A stretch of DNA of 64,000 nucleotides. It comes from Octopus sinensis. Taxonomy: Eukaryota. The position numbers and the translations under genes are program-made. Positions within the stretch are counted from its first letter, which is position 1; every line of letters starts with the position of its first letter. Positions 1-12,721 of the stretch are shown piece after piece. The notes below the pieces were generated by a model, which was not told the origin of the DNA, ran no database searches, and saw nothing but the letters and a program-made list of their open reading frames with translations. The stretch lies in assembly GCF_006345805.1 (NCBI RefSeq), contig NC_043000.1, forward strand, positions 58,590,001-58,654,000, in the 5' to 3' direction.

Positions 1-46
1 GATTACAGAAACATTGTGTCTGTGTCAGATTAGTCTTATGACCAAC
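1..46 (-). CDS. PKD1-like exon E19 (second half of GPS motif), cut by the window edge
   Basis: ATTTTAG|GTT acceptor; VGHKTNLTQTQCFCN plus first base C of the expected His of the C.C.HLT motif. Confidence 0.88.
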
Positions 47-549
47 CTAAAATAAAACAAATAAAACAGGTTCATCACAGAAATTATATGAATCATATAT
101 TGTTTTAATCTAATACTGTTGCATTGAAGCATAGTAGCAGATGTACATAACAAAACAGTAGACAAAATTGGAAGAATCATATAAGCCAATCAATTCAAAC
201 AAATATAATTAATGTAAAGAAAGAAAAAGAGAAGATAATTGTGGAATCTGAACTTAAAATGAAATGATAATTCTCTAGTTTTCTTCCTTTTATTTTTTAT
301 ATTCTTGATTAAAAAAAAGATTAAAACTTTCATTAATTTTATTTAAAAAGTTTTTGCATTTTCTCCTGCATTCACTGCATCTTTCCTTCAAGTGACATGG
401 CCTTCACCACTTTCAGGCTTGTGTAGATCTGATATCTAACAAATTACAATAGATTACATTTTGAAAGAAATCTCTTTTACTTTTGATTAATTAGAAATAG
501 ATTTTAACATGCAGTTGTGCTATTTTGATTATAAACTACTGCAACTTAC

Positions 550-812
550 ATAACATCCATCAGTAACCCAATCTGTTTTAGTTTCACTGAAATACAGACA
601 TCCAGATGTGAATGTCCGTAAGGTGTAATTGGTTGTAAATTGACCTGTGTGGGGCTTAAAATCAGGTATGGTTGCATTTGAGTCGTATAAGTCCATTTCA
701 TCAGCTTCTAATTGTCTAACTCCCAAAGTGATTCGACCAGTATAATTGCCAACGATCTTATCACTGACAAATAACATGTATGGATTTGGCCAGCTTCCGT
801 CTGTGTAATTTT
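550..812 (-). CDS. PKD1-like exon E18 (first half of GPS motif)
   Basis: ATTCCAG|AA acceptor, TAT|GTAAGT donor; 263 nt, phase 1 to 0; ends NYTLRTFTSGCLYFSETKTDWVTDGCY (GPS C.Y......W...GC). Confidence 0.93.
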
Positions 813-2262
813 CTGGAATTAGATACAATCACAAAGAAAATGATGCTCAAAATTTGAAAATATTATAGTCAACAACCAAAAAAAAAAGAGGCTGGTAAAA
901 AAAGACTAGATTATGTGAAATTATACTGTATAGTACAATATGTATTTTAGGTATGAAAAAACTGATGACAATGCTAAACCAAACATAATGGTATTTCACA
1001 CATCACATTTGGTGGCATCTAGATGTTAATGTTCAGACAGAGTTGAGTTTAAAATTTCTACTGAGTGACATTGAAAAGGATATTGAGAAAGCACTAACAC
1101 TTCACAAGCATTATTTATTGCCCAACAAACTAGCATCCAGTCTACAGACAGATTTATCACTCTTTCACTTAAATCCATGAAACTAGAGCAAAAAGTCAGT
1201 TCTTTAGAAAATAGTAATGACATATGCAAGGTATTATCTCTTCACTTGGAAATAATTCAAAGACCATTCCATGCCTCTTCACTTAAATTTTCAAAATCCA
1301 TTAGCAAAATTGTAAAATGTGATTCACTTACATCACTATTTCAAAATATCGTGATTCTTTTAGTCTTAGCTAACATGTTTAGTTACTACTTCCAATTTTA
1401 GTCTTGGCAAAATATGCAAGTTAAGACTAAACTGGGAAGTTAAAAGTAAATAAACTACGACTACTATATTTTGAGATGGTGATGTATGTGGATCAAGTTC
1501 TATAATTTTATTAAACATTCTAAGCTAAAATGTTGTAAACAAATTTTGAATAATATACGGAATGAAGACATGATTTTGAAATTTTACTGGTTTCTTCAAA
1601 GGCATTATATTTGAAGGAAGCCCTACATTTAGAAGAGGACCTATATTTGTTCACCACTGTACTAGCTGATGTAGGAGCCTTCATATGGTCACTCAACAAG
1701 GTAGAAATAGAAGCTAAATTTCCATCAAATCATATCTTATTGACATAAAAAAGGACACATTGAATAATATAGTCATAAACTTTCTATACTTGATAAAAAG
1801 ACAAAAACAGGATGGGGATGAAATTATCATATTTGATGTGTGGTTAACCAAAGCTGACTTGGATTCTGATTCATGATGACACAGACCATTTATAGTAATT
1901 AATCCATTACTGGACCAATAGTGCAATCTTTACATATATGGTTGCTTGTCTCCTGGGATAGGAACCAAATCACCCTCAGATAACAAGCTAACACTTTTTA
2001 AAAAAGAAGTACACATTAGATAATGCAGTCCTTAATATACAAAAAGATGGAAGATGGGATGGTCATTGCTGATGTATCTTTGGTCATACATTAGTTAGAT
2101 CAGATCTGACCTGCATCTAAACAACAACACAAAATAGCTATCTCATTATTTACTTTGTTTTCTAAAATACTTTTTATAATTATAAATACATAAACACACA
2201 TGACTGCAATATATTGACATTGTTACTAGCCAAATAAAGATTATTTAAATTATTTATCTTAC

Positions 2263-2653
2263 CAGCCTGCTCCATACTGGAAGGAATCATCTGGAAATGC
2301 TCCCAACTTTGCACAGTGCTGTTGGGTGTATTATTAAAATACACAAATACCAAGAGTTGCACAGTTGCATTATCAGGTCTTATTTCAATATGAAGTGATG
2401 AGTTTGTGTTGTTTGCCCAAAAAGTATGGTAAAACAATGTTTCATTTTTCACCAAAACTGGGTTGACGAAATCTGGTGCTTTTGCTTTAAATGTCTTTTC
2501 TCTGGGAATAATAATTTCAATAGGTTCTGATGCGTTGGCTATGGGAATATCGTTGTTATCATCAGTCATGAAATTTATGGACATGGTTCCAGAAACATCA
2601 GATGCTGCCTTATTTTTAGCAAAACTGTATATATTACCCGGTGTTGCCATAAC
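2263..2653 (-). CDS. PKD1-like exon E17 (GAIN region)
   Basis: CACCTAG|GTT acceptor, G|GTAAGA donor; 391 nt, phase 0 to 1; VMATPGNIYSF...DIPIANASEPIEIIIPR...SSLHIEIRP...QLLVFVYFNNTP...EQA. Confidence 0.92.
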
Positions 2654-2834
2654 CTAGGTGGGGAGAGAAAAGAATTTACATCAGAGGACAAAATTATAAC
2701 AGATAAATCTGATCTGCAGATTTGGTAGTTTGAAGTAAAATAAATGAGGAAAAAACAGCTTTTAATCATTAAGAAAGACTAAAAAAGAAACAAAAGTTCT
2801 TGAGAACATTGTCATCAAAACTATCTTCTACATG

Positions 2835-3716
2835 TATTGGATTGAGGAATAATTCATGAGCGTTTTTCCAAATTTAAAAATGCATGTAAAAAATAAATTG
2901 CCTTGGCAAGGTGTTTTATGTTATTTGAAAGAGGATTTTTTTGCTCTACAAGATAATGTGCTTTGATTGTTTAATTTTATTGATTTTTGTGTATTTTCAG
3001 ATTATTAAAATGGAATGTCAAGTGAACAAAACTAAGTATTTTCGACACCATTTGCTTTTTGCATTTAATTGAGGTGTTAAGCCCGCGAAGCTGTTCATGA
3101 GATTTGTACTGTGTATAGAGGAGGAGCAATGCTTCAAAGTACTGCCTGCCATTGGTTTTTGCACTTCAAAAATGGAAATTTTGACCTCAAGGACAGATCA
3201 CACTGTGGTTGACCAATCAAATTCGATGAAGAGTGACTGAATCAACTTCTTCATGAAAATCCACGTCAAACAACCAGAGAATTGGCGGAATAGAATTGTG
3301 ATAAAAAAACTTAGGTGAACTGCCTTCACCCAATGGTCAAGGCTCATTGAACTCAATTGGTTGACTGATGTGTGATCCGACCTTGAGGCCAAAATTCACA
3401 TTTTTGAAATGCTTTGAGGCATTGCTCCTTCTCCATACACAGCACAAATCTCATGAGCAGCTTCGGCAAGCTTAACATCTTGATTAAATGCAAAAAAACA
3501 AATGATGTTGAAAATACTCAGTTTTGTCCACTTCATATTCCATCTTAATAATATGAAAATACACCAAAATCAATAAAATTAAACAATCAAAACGCATTAT
3601 CTTGTAGAGCAAAAATCCTCTTTCAAATAACAAAACATTTTGTTGGTGTGATTTATTTCTGCATACACTTTTAAATTTAAAAAAAAAATGCTCATAAATT
3701 TTTCCTAAACACAATA
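2835..3716. mobile_element. Palindromic mariner derivative (two 5' halves head to head)
   Basis: Left arm carries a frameshifted mariner N-terminus (MECQVNKTKYFRHHLLFAFN...); 3346-3716 is the diverged reverse complement of 2835-3229; both ends read TATTG...GGAA.AATT.ATGAGC at TA. Confidence 0.75.
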
Positions 3717-4279
3717 CATTATGATACTCTCATCACAAACTCAGCAAACATGGTAATGACTATGCATCATTGATGAGATTGCAATAAGGCTCAAACAGGC
3801 CTGGAGTTGTCTTCTGTACTTGCTGGAATATGAAAATAATATTAGCCATTGACTAATAATGTTTGTTCACATGCTGCATGGTTATTACTAAATAACTTTC
3901 TTATGATTTATACATTGATAGTATTAACACTTATTTACCTGTTTCTAAATAACATCTGCTTTGTGGTTTAAATGAACTTGACAAATTTTAGAAACATCTG
4001 GAGCTCTTTATTGGAAACGGGGTTACTTCTTGTACAATGTTTTTGTGACATTCTTGTTTCTCAAGAGAAGCATCTAGTCCTTAGATTAATTTGGTGCTAT
4101 TGCTAATGGCCAGTGAATGTCAGATTGCATATAGCCTTATTACTGCAAATCTGACTAATAATATAACTAATCAAAATAATGCATTTAAGATTTCATAAAT
4201 TAGTTGAATAACAATTTCTAGGTTTCAATGATTTTCTTTTATTTCTATTACAAAATAATATCCTCAATATAATTTCTAG

Positions 4280-4420
4280 TATGAGGTGGTATCAAAAAGT
4301 TCCCAGATTAGTTCTGTAGAACACCACCAGATGGTAGCATATGGTTGTGTGCACAGTAAGAGCTATCAGTGACCTTCATGCTTAGTGACATCACTGTATT
4401 TACTTTGTAAGTTTGAGGGA
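4280..4420 (+). mobile_element. 5' end fragment of a mariner-like element
   Basis: TATGAGGTGGTATCAAAAAGTTCCCAGATTAGTTCTGTAG matches the termini of the element at 18767-19667. Confidence 0.6.
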
Positions 4421-6033
4421 GGACATTTGTATCACAGTCGCTACTTAAATTCGTTACACGATGTTTTAGGCACTGAGCAATCCCTCTCTTTACATTGTAT
4501 GGATGGTGGGAATTGAAGCTTAAGTATCATCCAGTGAAGGTTGGCTTGTAGTATACAGATGTCCTGAATCCATACTTGGTGTGTGTTATTAATACGTCCA
4601 GGAATGCTAGCTAATTGTCTTTTTCCTTTTCTATTGTGAATTGTATGGATGGCTTTATTGAGTTCACATGATCTAACAGCACTTGGACATCTTCCTGGTG
4701 GGGCCAGAGTATAAAGGTGTCATCAACATATCGCAGTCATATAGTTGGTTTTAGTGGCGTTGATCCCAGAGCCAAATTCTCAAAGTATTCCATGTATATA
4801 TTGACTATAATCGGTGATAATGGTGAACCCATAGCTAAACTCTCCTCTTGTCGATATATATCAGTGTCCATATTGAAGTAGGTAGTTTGTACACAGAAGG
4901 TCAACATTTCCATCAAGTTTCTTATTGGTATACTAGTGTGTTCTTTTAGATGGGTGTCTGCCACTAGTTTTTCTTGAATCACCAATAGTGCTTCACCAGT
5001 TGGGGCTTTAGTGAACAGACTTATCACATCTAGACTCACAATCTGGTTGGATTCTTGATCAATTCTGTGAAGTGGGTGGAATTCTTCACGTCCGATGTTG
5101 ACTTTTCTGCTAATGAAAGGAAGCGGCTCAGTGGATGACATGCTGAACCTCTACAGCTCATTATAGGTCTTAATGGAATACCATCCTAGTGAATCTTAGG
5201 AAGACCGTACATGTGTGGTAGTTTACTGTACTGTTGAGTCAGTTGTCTGTACTTTATTGGTGTAAAGTGATCCTTGTTCTTCATTAAGATCTGTGACACA
5301 TTCCTGTTTTCAGAATTGGGTCTTTCTTTTCTTTGCAGTAGCTACCATCACTTATGAGACTTGCCAATTTTTCAGAGTAGTCAGACTTGTTCATCACCAC
5401 TGTAGCATTTCCCTTGTCTGCTGGAAGTATTATGATGGAATTGTCAGTCTGTAGTCTTTTGAAAGCAAATGTTTCTTCCTCAGTGATGTTTGGTTGGGAA
5501 GTTATGCTTTTTCTAGTACCTGTCTCACTTTCCACCTTAGATCAACTCCCTGAGCTTTTGGTATCTTTACGGCTGTCTCTTCAATAGGTGCTATTATGTC
5601 CAAGTATGGAATGCGTTTGATGGTCGTCACAAAGTTGAGACCTTTGTTCAGTACTGCTTCTTCAGAGCTTTCTAGATGTCAGCTACTTAGATTAATTACC
5701 GCTTTCACAGGTAAGTGACGGACTTCAGTCTTCATTCTCTGACCTTTGAGTTTCAAAAACTACTTAATCTGGTGTGTCTTCACCATTTCAAATTCTTTCA
5801 TGTACGACTTTTCTAGATCTTGTTGGATTCTCTTTCTATCGTCTTCTCTGATTATTTTCCTAAGTATTGAAGATAATAATAACATCGAAAAATACCTTAG
5901 GAATTAGAACCCAGGTTTGAAATTTCCCCAAGGCACCTAATGAAGGCTGGAGGGTATATCAGCTGAAACGTTTTGTTAACAACAAACAAGATGAGGACAG
6001 ATATCCATCAAATGTAAATAATGTAAATAATGT
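4420..6033 (-). mobile_element. Penelope-like retroelement relic (RT, 3'-truncated) with terminal repeat at 5878-6033
   Basis: Broken ORF with LDVISLFT, AMGSPLSPIIVNIYMEYFE, RYVDDTF, FLDV and VYYKPTFTG-YLSFNSHHP motifs typical of PLE RT; terminal repeat shared with 52210-52797. Confidence 0.85.
5931..5977 (+). ncRNA. Type I hammerhead-like motif in PLE terminal repeat, core mutated
   Basis: CTAATGA-A-GGCTG-gagggtatat-CAGCT-GAAACGTT; CUGAUGA core reads CUAAUGA (G5 to A). Confidence 0.55.
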
Positions 6034-6274
6034 ATCTATTCTGATGTTTGTTGATACACTAAATTTGAAACAAATGCTTCTATAATATTGTAATAGACCA
6101 TGTTATTTTCTACTATTGTAGTCTAGCAATCAGCTATGCTATAACACTCTGCAGTAATATACCAAATAATGACATACTAACTCGCAACAATAAATACAAA
6201 TACAACATAATTCTAAAATTTAGATTAGAATTGCATAAACATTGATAGACATGAACATAACAATAAATTCTTAC

Positions 6275-6520
6275 TTCAAGTGAAACAATGTCATCTGGGT
6301 CACAGTCTGTTTTCATCTTACACCAATCAGGGAGATTGAATGCCCCTCTGCCTTCTCCAAATTTCGTATCGCTCAAAGACTTTGCAGAAGATTTTGATAT
6401 TGAAATGTCCATTTTAGGTGTAAACATGTTTAAAGGCTCATCTCCTGGAACCAGAGCTGTTGATAGTGTCTTTGTAATGGTTTTCATAGAATCTCGAAGT
6501 TTTTTACTTTCTTTCACCGC
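6275..6520 (-). CDS. PKD1-like exon E16 (GAIN region)
   Basis: TTCTTAG|GCG acceptor, GAA|GTAAGA donor; 246 nt, phase 0 to 0; AVKESKKL...LVPGDEPLNMFTPKMDISISK...FNLPDWC...DIVSLE. Confidence 0.9.
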
Positions 6521-7767
6521 CTAAGAAGTAAATGTTTAATTTGCTTTATAATTTAAATAGATCAGAAATTAAACTTTTAATATGCAAAATAGTGCAACCG
6601 AGAAATTTTGGAAAATATATTTCAAGACATTAAAGAAATACAACGTTTAGATGAGAAATATAGCTAACTAAACAGTAAATTACACTACCAACAGATTGTG
6701 TCATAAAACCATGCTGTACTGTGACTGTGATCATGTCACACCTTACAAATGGCTCAGTCAACCAAGTTGTAAATAGCTATCACTGAGTAAAAACAATTCC
6801 CTTTTATAGCAATCTCAGTTGTAACACTGTATATTTGACAAGTGGTTTGTCAGCTTGCAGTGGATAGTTCACCTTTTACTGTGGATATAGCTTGTAGGGA
6901 AATGAATATTAGCTGACAGACCAAAGAAGTGATGCTTTTTATCTAAGTATTGACCCAAAGAACAGTGAGCAGGCAGAATCATTGGCATACTGGACAAAAT
7001 GTTTAGTGATATTTCATCCATCTTTACCTTCTGATTTCAAATTCTATAGGGGTTGACTTCACCTCTTATTCTTTTGGGGGTGACTAAAATAAGTATTAGT
7101 TGAGTACTGGGGTTGATAAAATTGACAATACCCATCCCTGCAAAATTTTATACCTTGAGTTGGGAGTAGAAAGGATTATTAGCACTGGACCACCTCCATT
7201 GCAAAAGCATTTAATTCTTGATGTCAAATACTAAGTAACTGTAAATAGGCAGTGGTAAGAAGGGAGAGTGTGTGTAGGTGCACGTGCACATATGTGTGTG
7301 TGAGTGTGTGTGTGAGAGAGAGAGAGAGAGAGCACTCTATAATTGATGAGAAAGTTTGTAAGCTTGCAAGTGAAAATCTATAAACTGTCCTTCTATCCAA
7401 GGGAAACAGAAGGTATTGTTATCATTGTTGTTTAGTCAAAAGTTGGCATTGCTCAGGCAGACTTTGACCCAGTCCAGCCATGATAATTTCACTATTTTTT
7501 CTGGTATAGTGCACTTTAGTCAACATAATCCATTGTGTCCTTTAAGATAGTAGAATGCAATTTAAAGACTTGGCTGCTATTTTTTTTTTTTAGCAGACTG
7601 AGCAACCACATACTATCCCCATCATTGGTGTGAGAAACTATGTATCTAATTTCTTGATACCTTGAAAATGAGGGTAGGCTTGAATATCCACAACTCTTAC
7701 AGGTAATGATGGTAAATAAAAAAGATTGAAGAAGATAGTTAAACATTTTATGTCAAAGTTTGCTTAC

Positions 7768-7844
7768 TTCTTTTGTTTGCAAGTCTTTATTAGCTACGTA
7801 TTTCAATTCATCCAATCCTCTTTCTGGATCTTGAGATGAAATTG
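7768..7844 (-). CDS. PKD1-like exon E15
   Basis: TTATTAG|CA acceptor, GAA|GTAAGC donor; 77 nt, phase 1 to 0; TISSQDPERGLDELKYVANKDLQTKE. Confidence 0.75.
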
Positions 7845-8121
7845 CTAATAAAAGTATAGAAAATGTGAAAAATAATTATTTGAAATAGGAAATATAATAA
7901 TAGGTATAAATACTTCTATACATTTGATTTCATTTGCAATTCAAAATAAAGCATCATCAATAAAAGATGGCAAAAGTCCTAATTTAACTTGAAATTCTTA
8001 CAAGACCAATATTCAAATAATAGATCAAGCTGTCCTTGTATATTTCTGTTATCATTTAACCAATCATACAGGGTAAACAATCAAAGTCTAATTTGGTTGG
8101 ATTTGAACTCATAACATAAAA

Positions 8122-8475
8122 TGGGTGGTGAACTAGCAGAAACGTTAGCACACCGGGCGAAATGCTTAGTGGTATTTCGTCCACCATTACATTCTGAGTT
8201 CAAATTCCGCCAAGGTCAACTTTGCCTTTCATCCTTTTGGGGGTCGATTAAATAAGTACCAGTTATGCACTGGGGTCAATATAATCGACTTAATCTGTTT
8301 GTCTGTCCTTGTTTGTCCTCTCTGTGTTTAGCTCCTTATGGGTAGTAAAAAATAGGTATTTCATCCATCCATATCTTCTGAGTTGAAGTTCCATCGAGGC
8401 CATCTTTTCTTTTTATCCTTTCGGGGTCAGTAAAATAAATACTAGTCGAGCACTGAAGTCGATGTAATTGACTTC
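8122..8475 (+). mobile_element. tRNA-type SINE family A, two adjacent copies. Other copies at about 6966-7180, 31067-31212, 34528-34738, 43385-43530 (minus), 43887-44055, 52010-52160, 56060-56270.
   Basis: Recurrent GGCAGAA.CGTTAGCAC...GAGTTCAAATTC (A/B-box-like)...CTTTGCCTTTCATCC...AAGTACCAGTT...CTGGGGT. Confidence 0.8.
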
Positions 8476-9566
8476 AATACTTCTGAGTAAGAGTATAAAA
8501 AACTGAACCCTCTGTTAAGCTATGTTGAACCAGTGTGGTAGAGTAGGTTCATCAAATCAGTATGATCTCAAGCTCAAATTCATGGCCTCTCTATTTAAGA
8601 CTATGGTTGGTTGAAAGAACATCCAGAGGTCTTCATTCTGCAATGGACTGAACATAGGAAACCCAATCTTATGTAAAAGTATGAAACTAAATAAGGTCAG
8701 ACATTTAATGACCAGCAGTAGTTTCTAAGTAATGGAAGCAAAAATAAATTATCCTTCTTTTGCCAATTTTTTTTTTTTCGGTGATTAATGGTGTGAACTT
8801 TACAGAACCAAGCTTACTGGGGATATTCTAAGATAAGACAACTAACAATAAGCATTTTGTCTCTGAAATCTTCAGTAAATACAAGACTGTTGTAATTCTT
8901 TTAAGTATAAATAATGAGAATTTGATGAAAGCAGTTTCCTAAGGTCTCCACAGTCTATAAAACCTAAACTCCACAGTTCTCGACACCTGTATTAGCTACA
9001 AACTAATTTAGATAAGTGAATTTAAATAATATAGTTGTTTTATATTTTCGATTTTCACTTGCTCATTCAAGTCTTTCTAATTTTCCTATGAATATGAATG
9101 TTATTTTTTAAAGAATCACTTATTCAATGATATTGGATTCATCATGTTCAATGTATGGAATCTCACCTGTTTCACATCTCACCTGAAGATGGTGGATTTA
9201 ATCTATGAAAACTTTATTAAAATTCTACTGAAATAACTGTCATAAATTTTAAATGCTATCTGTGTTCTCATTTTATCCAATGCCACACCTGAAACCAACC
9301 CCAGTATCAGATCTACAGTTTAAATTAGATTTGGTACTTACATATCTACAATACCCTATTAACACTTGATACATTCGTGGCTATTTAACACACTATGAAC
9401 TCTATGTTATCATACCTAACCATTTCTGACAGCCTACTTGTTCATGTGCCTAGTTTACTGGATTCTTATCATTAATTTATATACATATATATAATTATTG
9501 ATAAAAATGTTAAGACAACAAAAGAATGAAAGAGACCTCAATATTATATAAATTGAGGAATTTATC

Positions 9567-9750
9567 TGTAAATGTAATATGTGACAGTTATTCAGTAGCT
9601 ATGATAAAACTCTGAGTTTCGAATGGCGGGGTGGAAATCCACACTGCCATCTCTTCAGCTATCCGGCCGGCAGCGTGGATTTCCACCCCAGCATCTGAAA
9701 CTCGGAGTTTTATCATGGCTACCAAATAATTGTCACATATTACATTTACA
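9567..9750. repeat. Inverted repeat, 82-bp arms, 20-nt loop
   Basis: 9567-9648 versus reverse complement of 9669-9750: 72/82 identical by manual alignment. Confidence 0.95.
9603..9663 (-). ncRNA. Type I hammerhead ribozyme motif with canonical core, on the pre-mRNA strand
   Basis: GAUAG-CUGAAGA-[GAUGGC..GUGG-AUUU-CCAC..GCCAUUC]-GAAA-CUC-A-GAG-UU^UUAUC; helices I, II and III all pairable. Confidence 0.72.
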
Positions 9751-9754
9751 TATA

Positions 9755-9789
<35 letters not shown>

Positions 9790-9977
9790 TTTTAAAAAAA
9801 AAACAGAGAAAAAAGACAAGAAAAAACAACAACACGAGGACGTAGTACATGCAATGTTTTAATGAGACACTCAGAGAAGGAAAGAAAGAGTGGTTGCGGA
9901 CATAGGAGCCAAATTAATAACATAGGAAAACCACAGATACAAATAATATAACTTATCTGAGAAATATGTACACTTAC

Positions 9978-10074
9978 TTTCTTGTTCACTGTCTAAATCA
10001 GTATCATACACCATAAACTCAGCAACAGATTCCATGTCAGAAATAATAGGATTGGTGATGTGAGAATTCACGGA
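9978..10074 (-). CDS. PKD1-like exon E14
   Basis: TATGTAG|TCC acceptor, A|GTAAGT donor; 97 nt, phase 0 to 1; SVNSHITNPIISDMESVAEFMVYDTDLDSEQE. Confidence 0.8.
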
Positions 10075-11137
10075 CTACATAAACAAAAATTTATTGTTAT
10101 TGTTCCACTAGAGACTTGCAAGTGGTGGGAAAAAATTAGATAAGTAGAATAATCCAGGATCAGTTCTAGATTATTGCTTTATTACTTGAGAAAGTTAATG
10201 CCTTTAGGAAAAGCATGCATATCACAAATTTATAATGATAATTGGAGAGTGAGTTTAGGATAGAGGCATTCCAACTGAACTGAAATGCATAAGTTCTGTG
10301 TCCATGAATAATGATATTATGGAAATCAAGATTGTTGGCATCATAGTAAAGAAACAAGTCTACATTGCCCAACAGCATCAGTGGGTACTAGATAGATGGA
10401 CCAGTTAAATTGCTTGGGATCTGATTTGATCCAGATCTCCAGGTGGATAGGAACTAGGATAAGGTTACAAGAAGGATAGCTTGGCCAGCTCAGTCAAAAC
10501 TGTGTTGAGAAGAAGCTCTTGTCAAAAGGTCAAGAAGAAAATCAGCAAATACTTATGTCACTTCCATAATGCCTGAGCATTGTATTTGGGCAGAGTGGAA
10601 CATCTGCTCTTTCACTTTTTTCAAAAGGGACACATTTCATTACACTGGTTTGAGTTATGACAGTGATGGAAAGATAGCAGGATCACTATGAGCATATTGA
10701 AGTTAAAGAGTTACACTGATTGAAGTAACCTCTCTATCACAGTACCTGTGTAATCCTACTAGGATGAATCAATGAATATTCCTATAGAGTTAAGACCAGA
10801 GATATTCCATTTCAACACTGTCATTTGTGTCATGCTACTGATATTAGTGCCAACTCACTATTTAATTTTGCTCTGATGGTTGGCTTTTCCAGTTGGAGAC
10901 TGAAAATTGATCTCCAGCCTGATCCTGAAGAAACTGAGAATTAACAGTGTGATACTGTCACCTGGACTAAGTCAGAGAGTAAGGTTGATTAAATTTAGTC
11001 TTAGTGCATGATGCCGTCGGTGCAACAAACTAGCTATACTTTGGTCACTGCTCATCACTATGGTAAATGACATGTGACATTGTCCACCTCAAAACTGAGA
11101 ATAGCCTCTTTGCCATATAAATAGGTAATTGCCAATA

Positions 11138-12433
11138 TACGGAGGTTGGACAAAATAATGGAAACACCTTAAAATTTCAAACAAATTTATTTTAATATGG
11201 GGTAGGACTGCCTTTGGCAGTAATTACATCTTGAACTCTACAAGGTATGGACTTGTACAAAGTTTGTATTGTTTCCAAAGGAATTTGTGTCCATTCTTCA
11301 GCTAAAACAGTCTCCAGTTCTTGTAGTGATGGTGGTGGAGGATATTGACTCCTTGCTCGTTTTTCTAAAATGCACCATAAATGTTCAATAATATTGAGAT
11401 CTGGGGACTGTGGTGGCCAGATAAGATGTTCAACTTCACTAGAATGTTCCTCGTGCCATTCAGTAACAACTTTAACTGTATGAATTGGTACATCATCATC
11501 CTGAAAGATTGTGTTTCCCTCCGGAAACAGTCTGCAGCCATAGGATGAATTTGATCAGATAAAATGCTTAAATAGCCTTAACTGTTAATTCTGCTATGAA
11601 GGAAAATCATTAGGCTGGTAGATTTCCAAGATATAGCTACCCCACCCAGATCATCACAGATCCTCCTCCATGTTTAACAGTTGAAAGAAGGCAGTCTGGG
11701 TCAAATGCTCTTTTGGCAGTCTGGGTCAAATGCTCTTTTGGCAGTCTCCACACATATACTCAGCCGGTGTTTGGAAATAAGGTAAAGGATGACTCGTCTG
11801 AGAAAATAACATTCTTCCACTCCTCTAGGGACCAATTCTGAAGGTTCTTACTCCACTCTAAATGCTTTTCAACGTTTGTTTTCGAAAGTAGTGGTTTACT
11901 GATTGCAGCCCTCCTATGAAATCTGGCTTTGTGCAGCTCCCGTCAAACAGTTTTTGTAGAAACTGGATTCTTGAGATATTCATTAAGCTCTGCAGTAATT
12001 TTGGGAGCTGTACTTTTGTAATCCTTTCTAACAATTCACATAAGAGTTCAACGGTCCCTATATGAAAGTTTTGACTTTCTTCTGGAGTTTTGTTTTGACA
12101 AGGAGGTTTTTCCTTCTTTCTCAAAGGTGTCATCACTTTCAAGTCAGTATTTCTTGTTACACCAAACATTTCAGCTGTTTTCATTATGCTAGCGCATGCC
12201 ATTTGAACACCAACAATTTGATCTCTTTGCAAGTCTGATAGATCTGTGATTTTAATGAACTTTAATTACCTTTCCCTGATGATATCTGAAAACAAACAGT
12301 AATTTTAGCAAAACATATTAAGCAACACTAATAATAAATAAAAAAACATAAAAATAAACCAACTTTTGATGGTTTTATAGATACTTCAAAATTATGATGC
12401 TAGGTGTTTCCATTATTTTGTCCAACCCCTGTA
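11138..12433 (-). mobile_element. Near full-length degenerate Tc1-like DNA transposon
   Basis: About 32-bp TIRs TAC.G.GGTTGGACAAAATAATGGAAACACCT at both ends; frameshifted transposase with FSDES and VKHGGGSVMIW motifs; internal 25-bp tandem duplication near 11691. Confidence 0.88.
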
Positions 12434-12595
12434 GTTTCCTAATGAATCAACCATGTAATGACACAAATTTATCATGCAATAGAGTCCTTATGTTTGTAGG
12501 TTAAAATAATTTTGTTTCCAAATTATTTTCATTGATTTCTTTTTTTTTTTATGATTACAGATATGACTGAAGAATTCAATTTCAAATGTAATCAC

Positions 12596-12721
12596 CTCTA
12601 GAGCCTGTCCGATAGTAGCCATTAAGGATTCTCCTGCAACAGCTAATTCTTCTTTTGGAGTACCTCGGCCAAGTTTTTTGAAAGTGTCAGACATCTTTTC
12701 AATATTCGTTATAACAGCTTT
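12596..12721 (-). CDS. PKD1-like exon E13
   Basis: ATTCCAG|AAA acceptor, GAG|GTGATT donor; 126 nt, phase 0 to 0; KAVITNIEKMSDTFKKLGRGTPKEELAVAGESLMATIGQALE. Confidence 0.83.

Noticed and set aside
1026-2000. Short ORFs in intron E17-E18
   Set aside because: No recognisable motif or splice signals; possibly decayed TE sequence, not supportable.
9176-9216. CTGAAGA-TGGTGGATTTAATCTAT-GAAAC hammerhead-like string
   Set aside because: Helix II weak; no cleavage triplet or helix I/III after GAAAC. At best a decayed relic.
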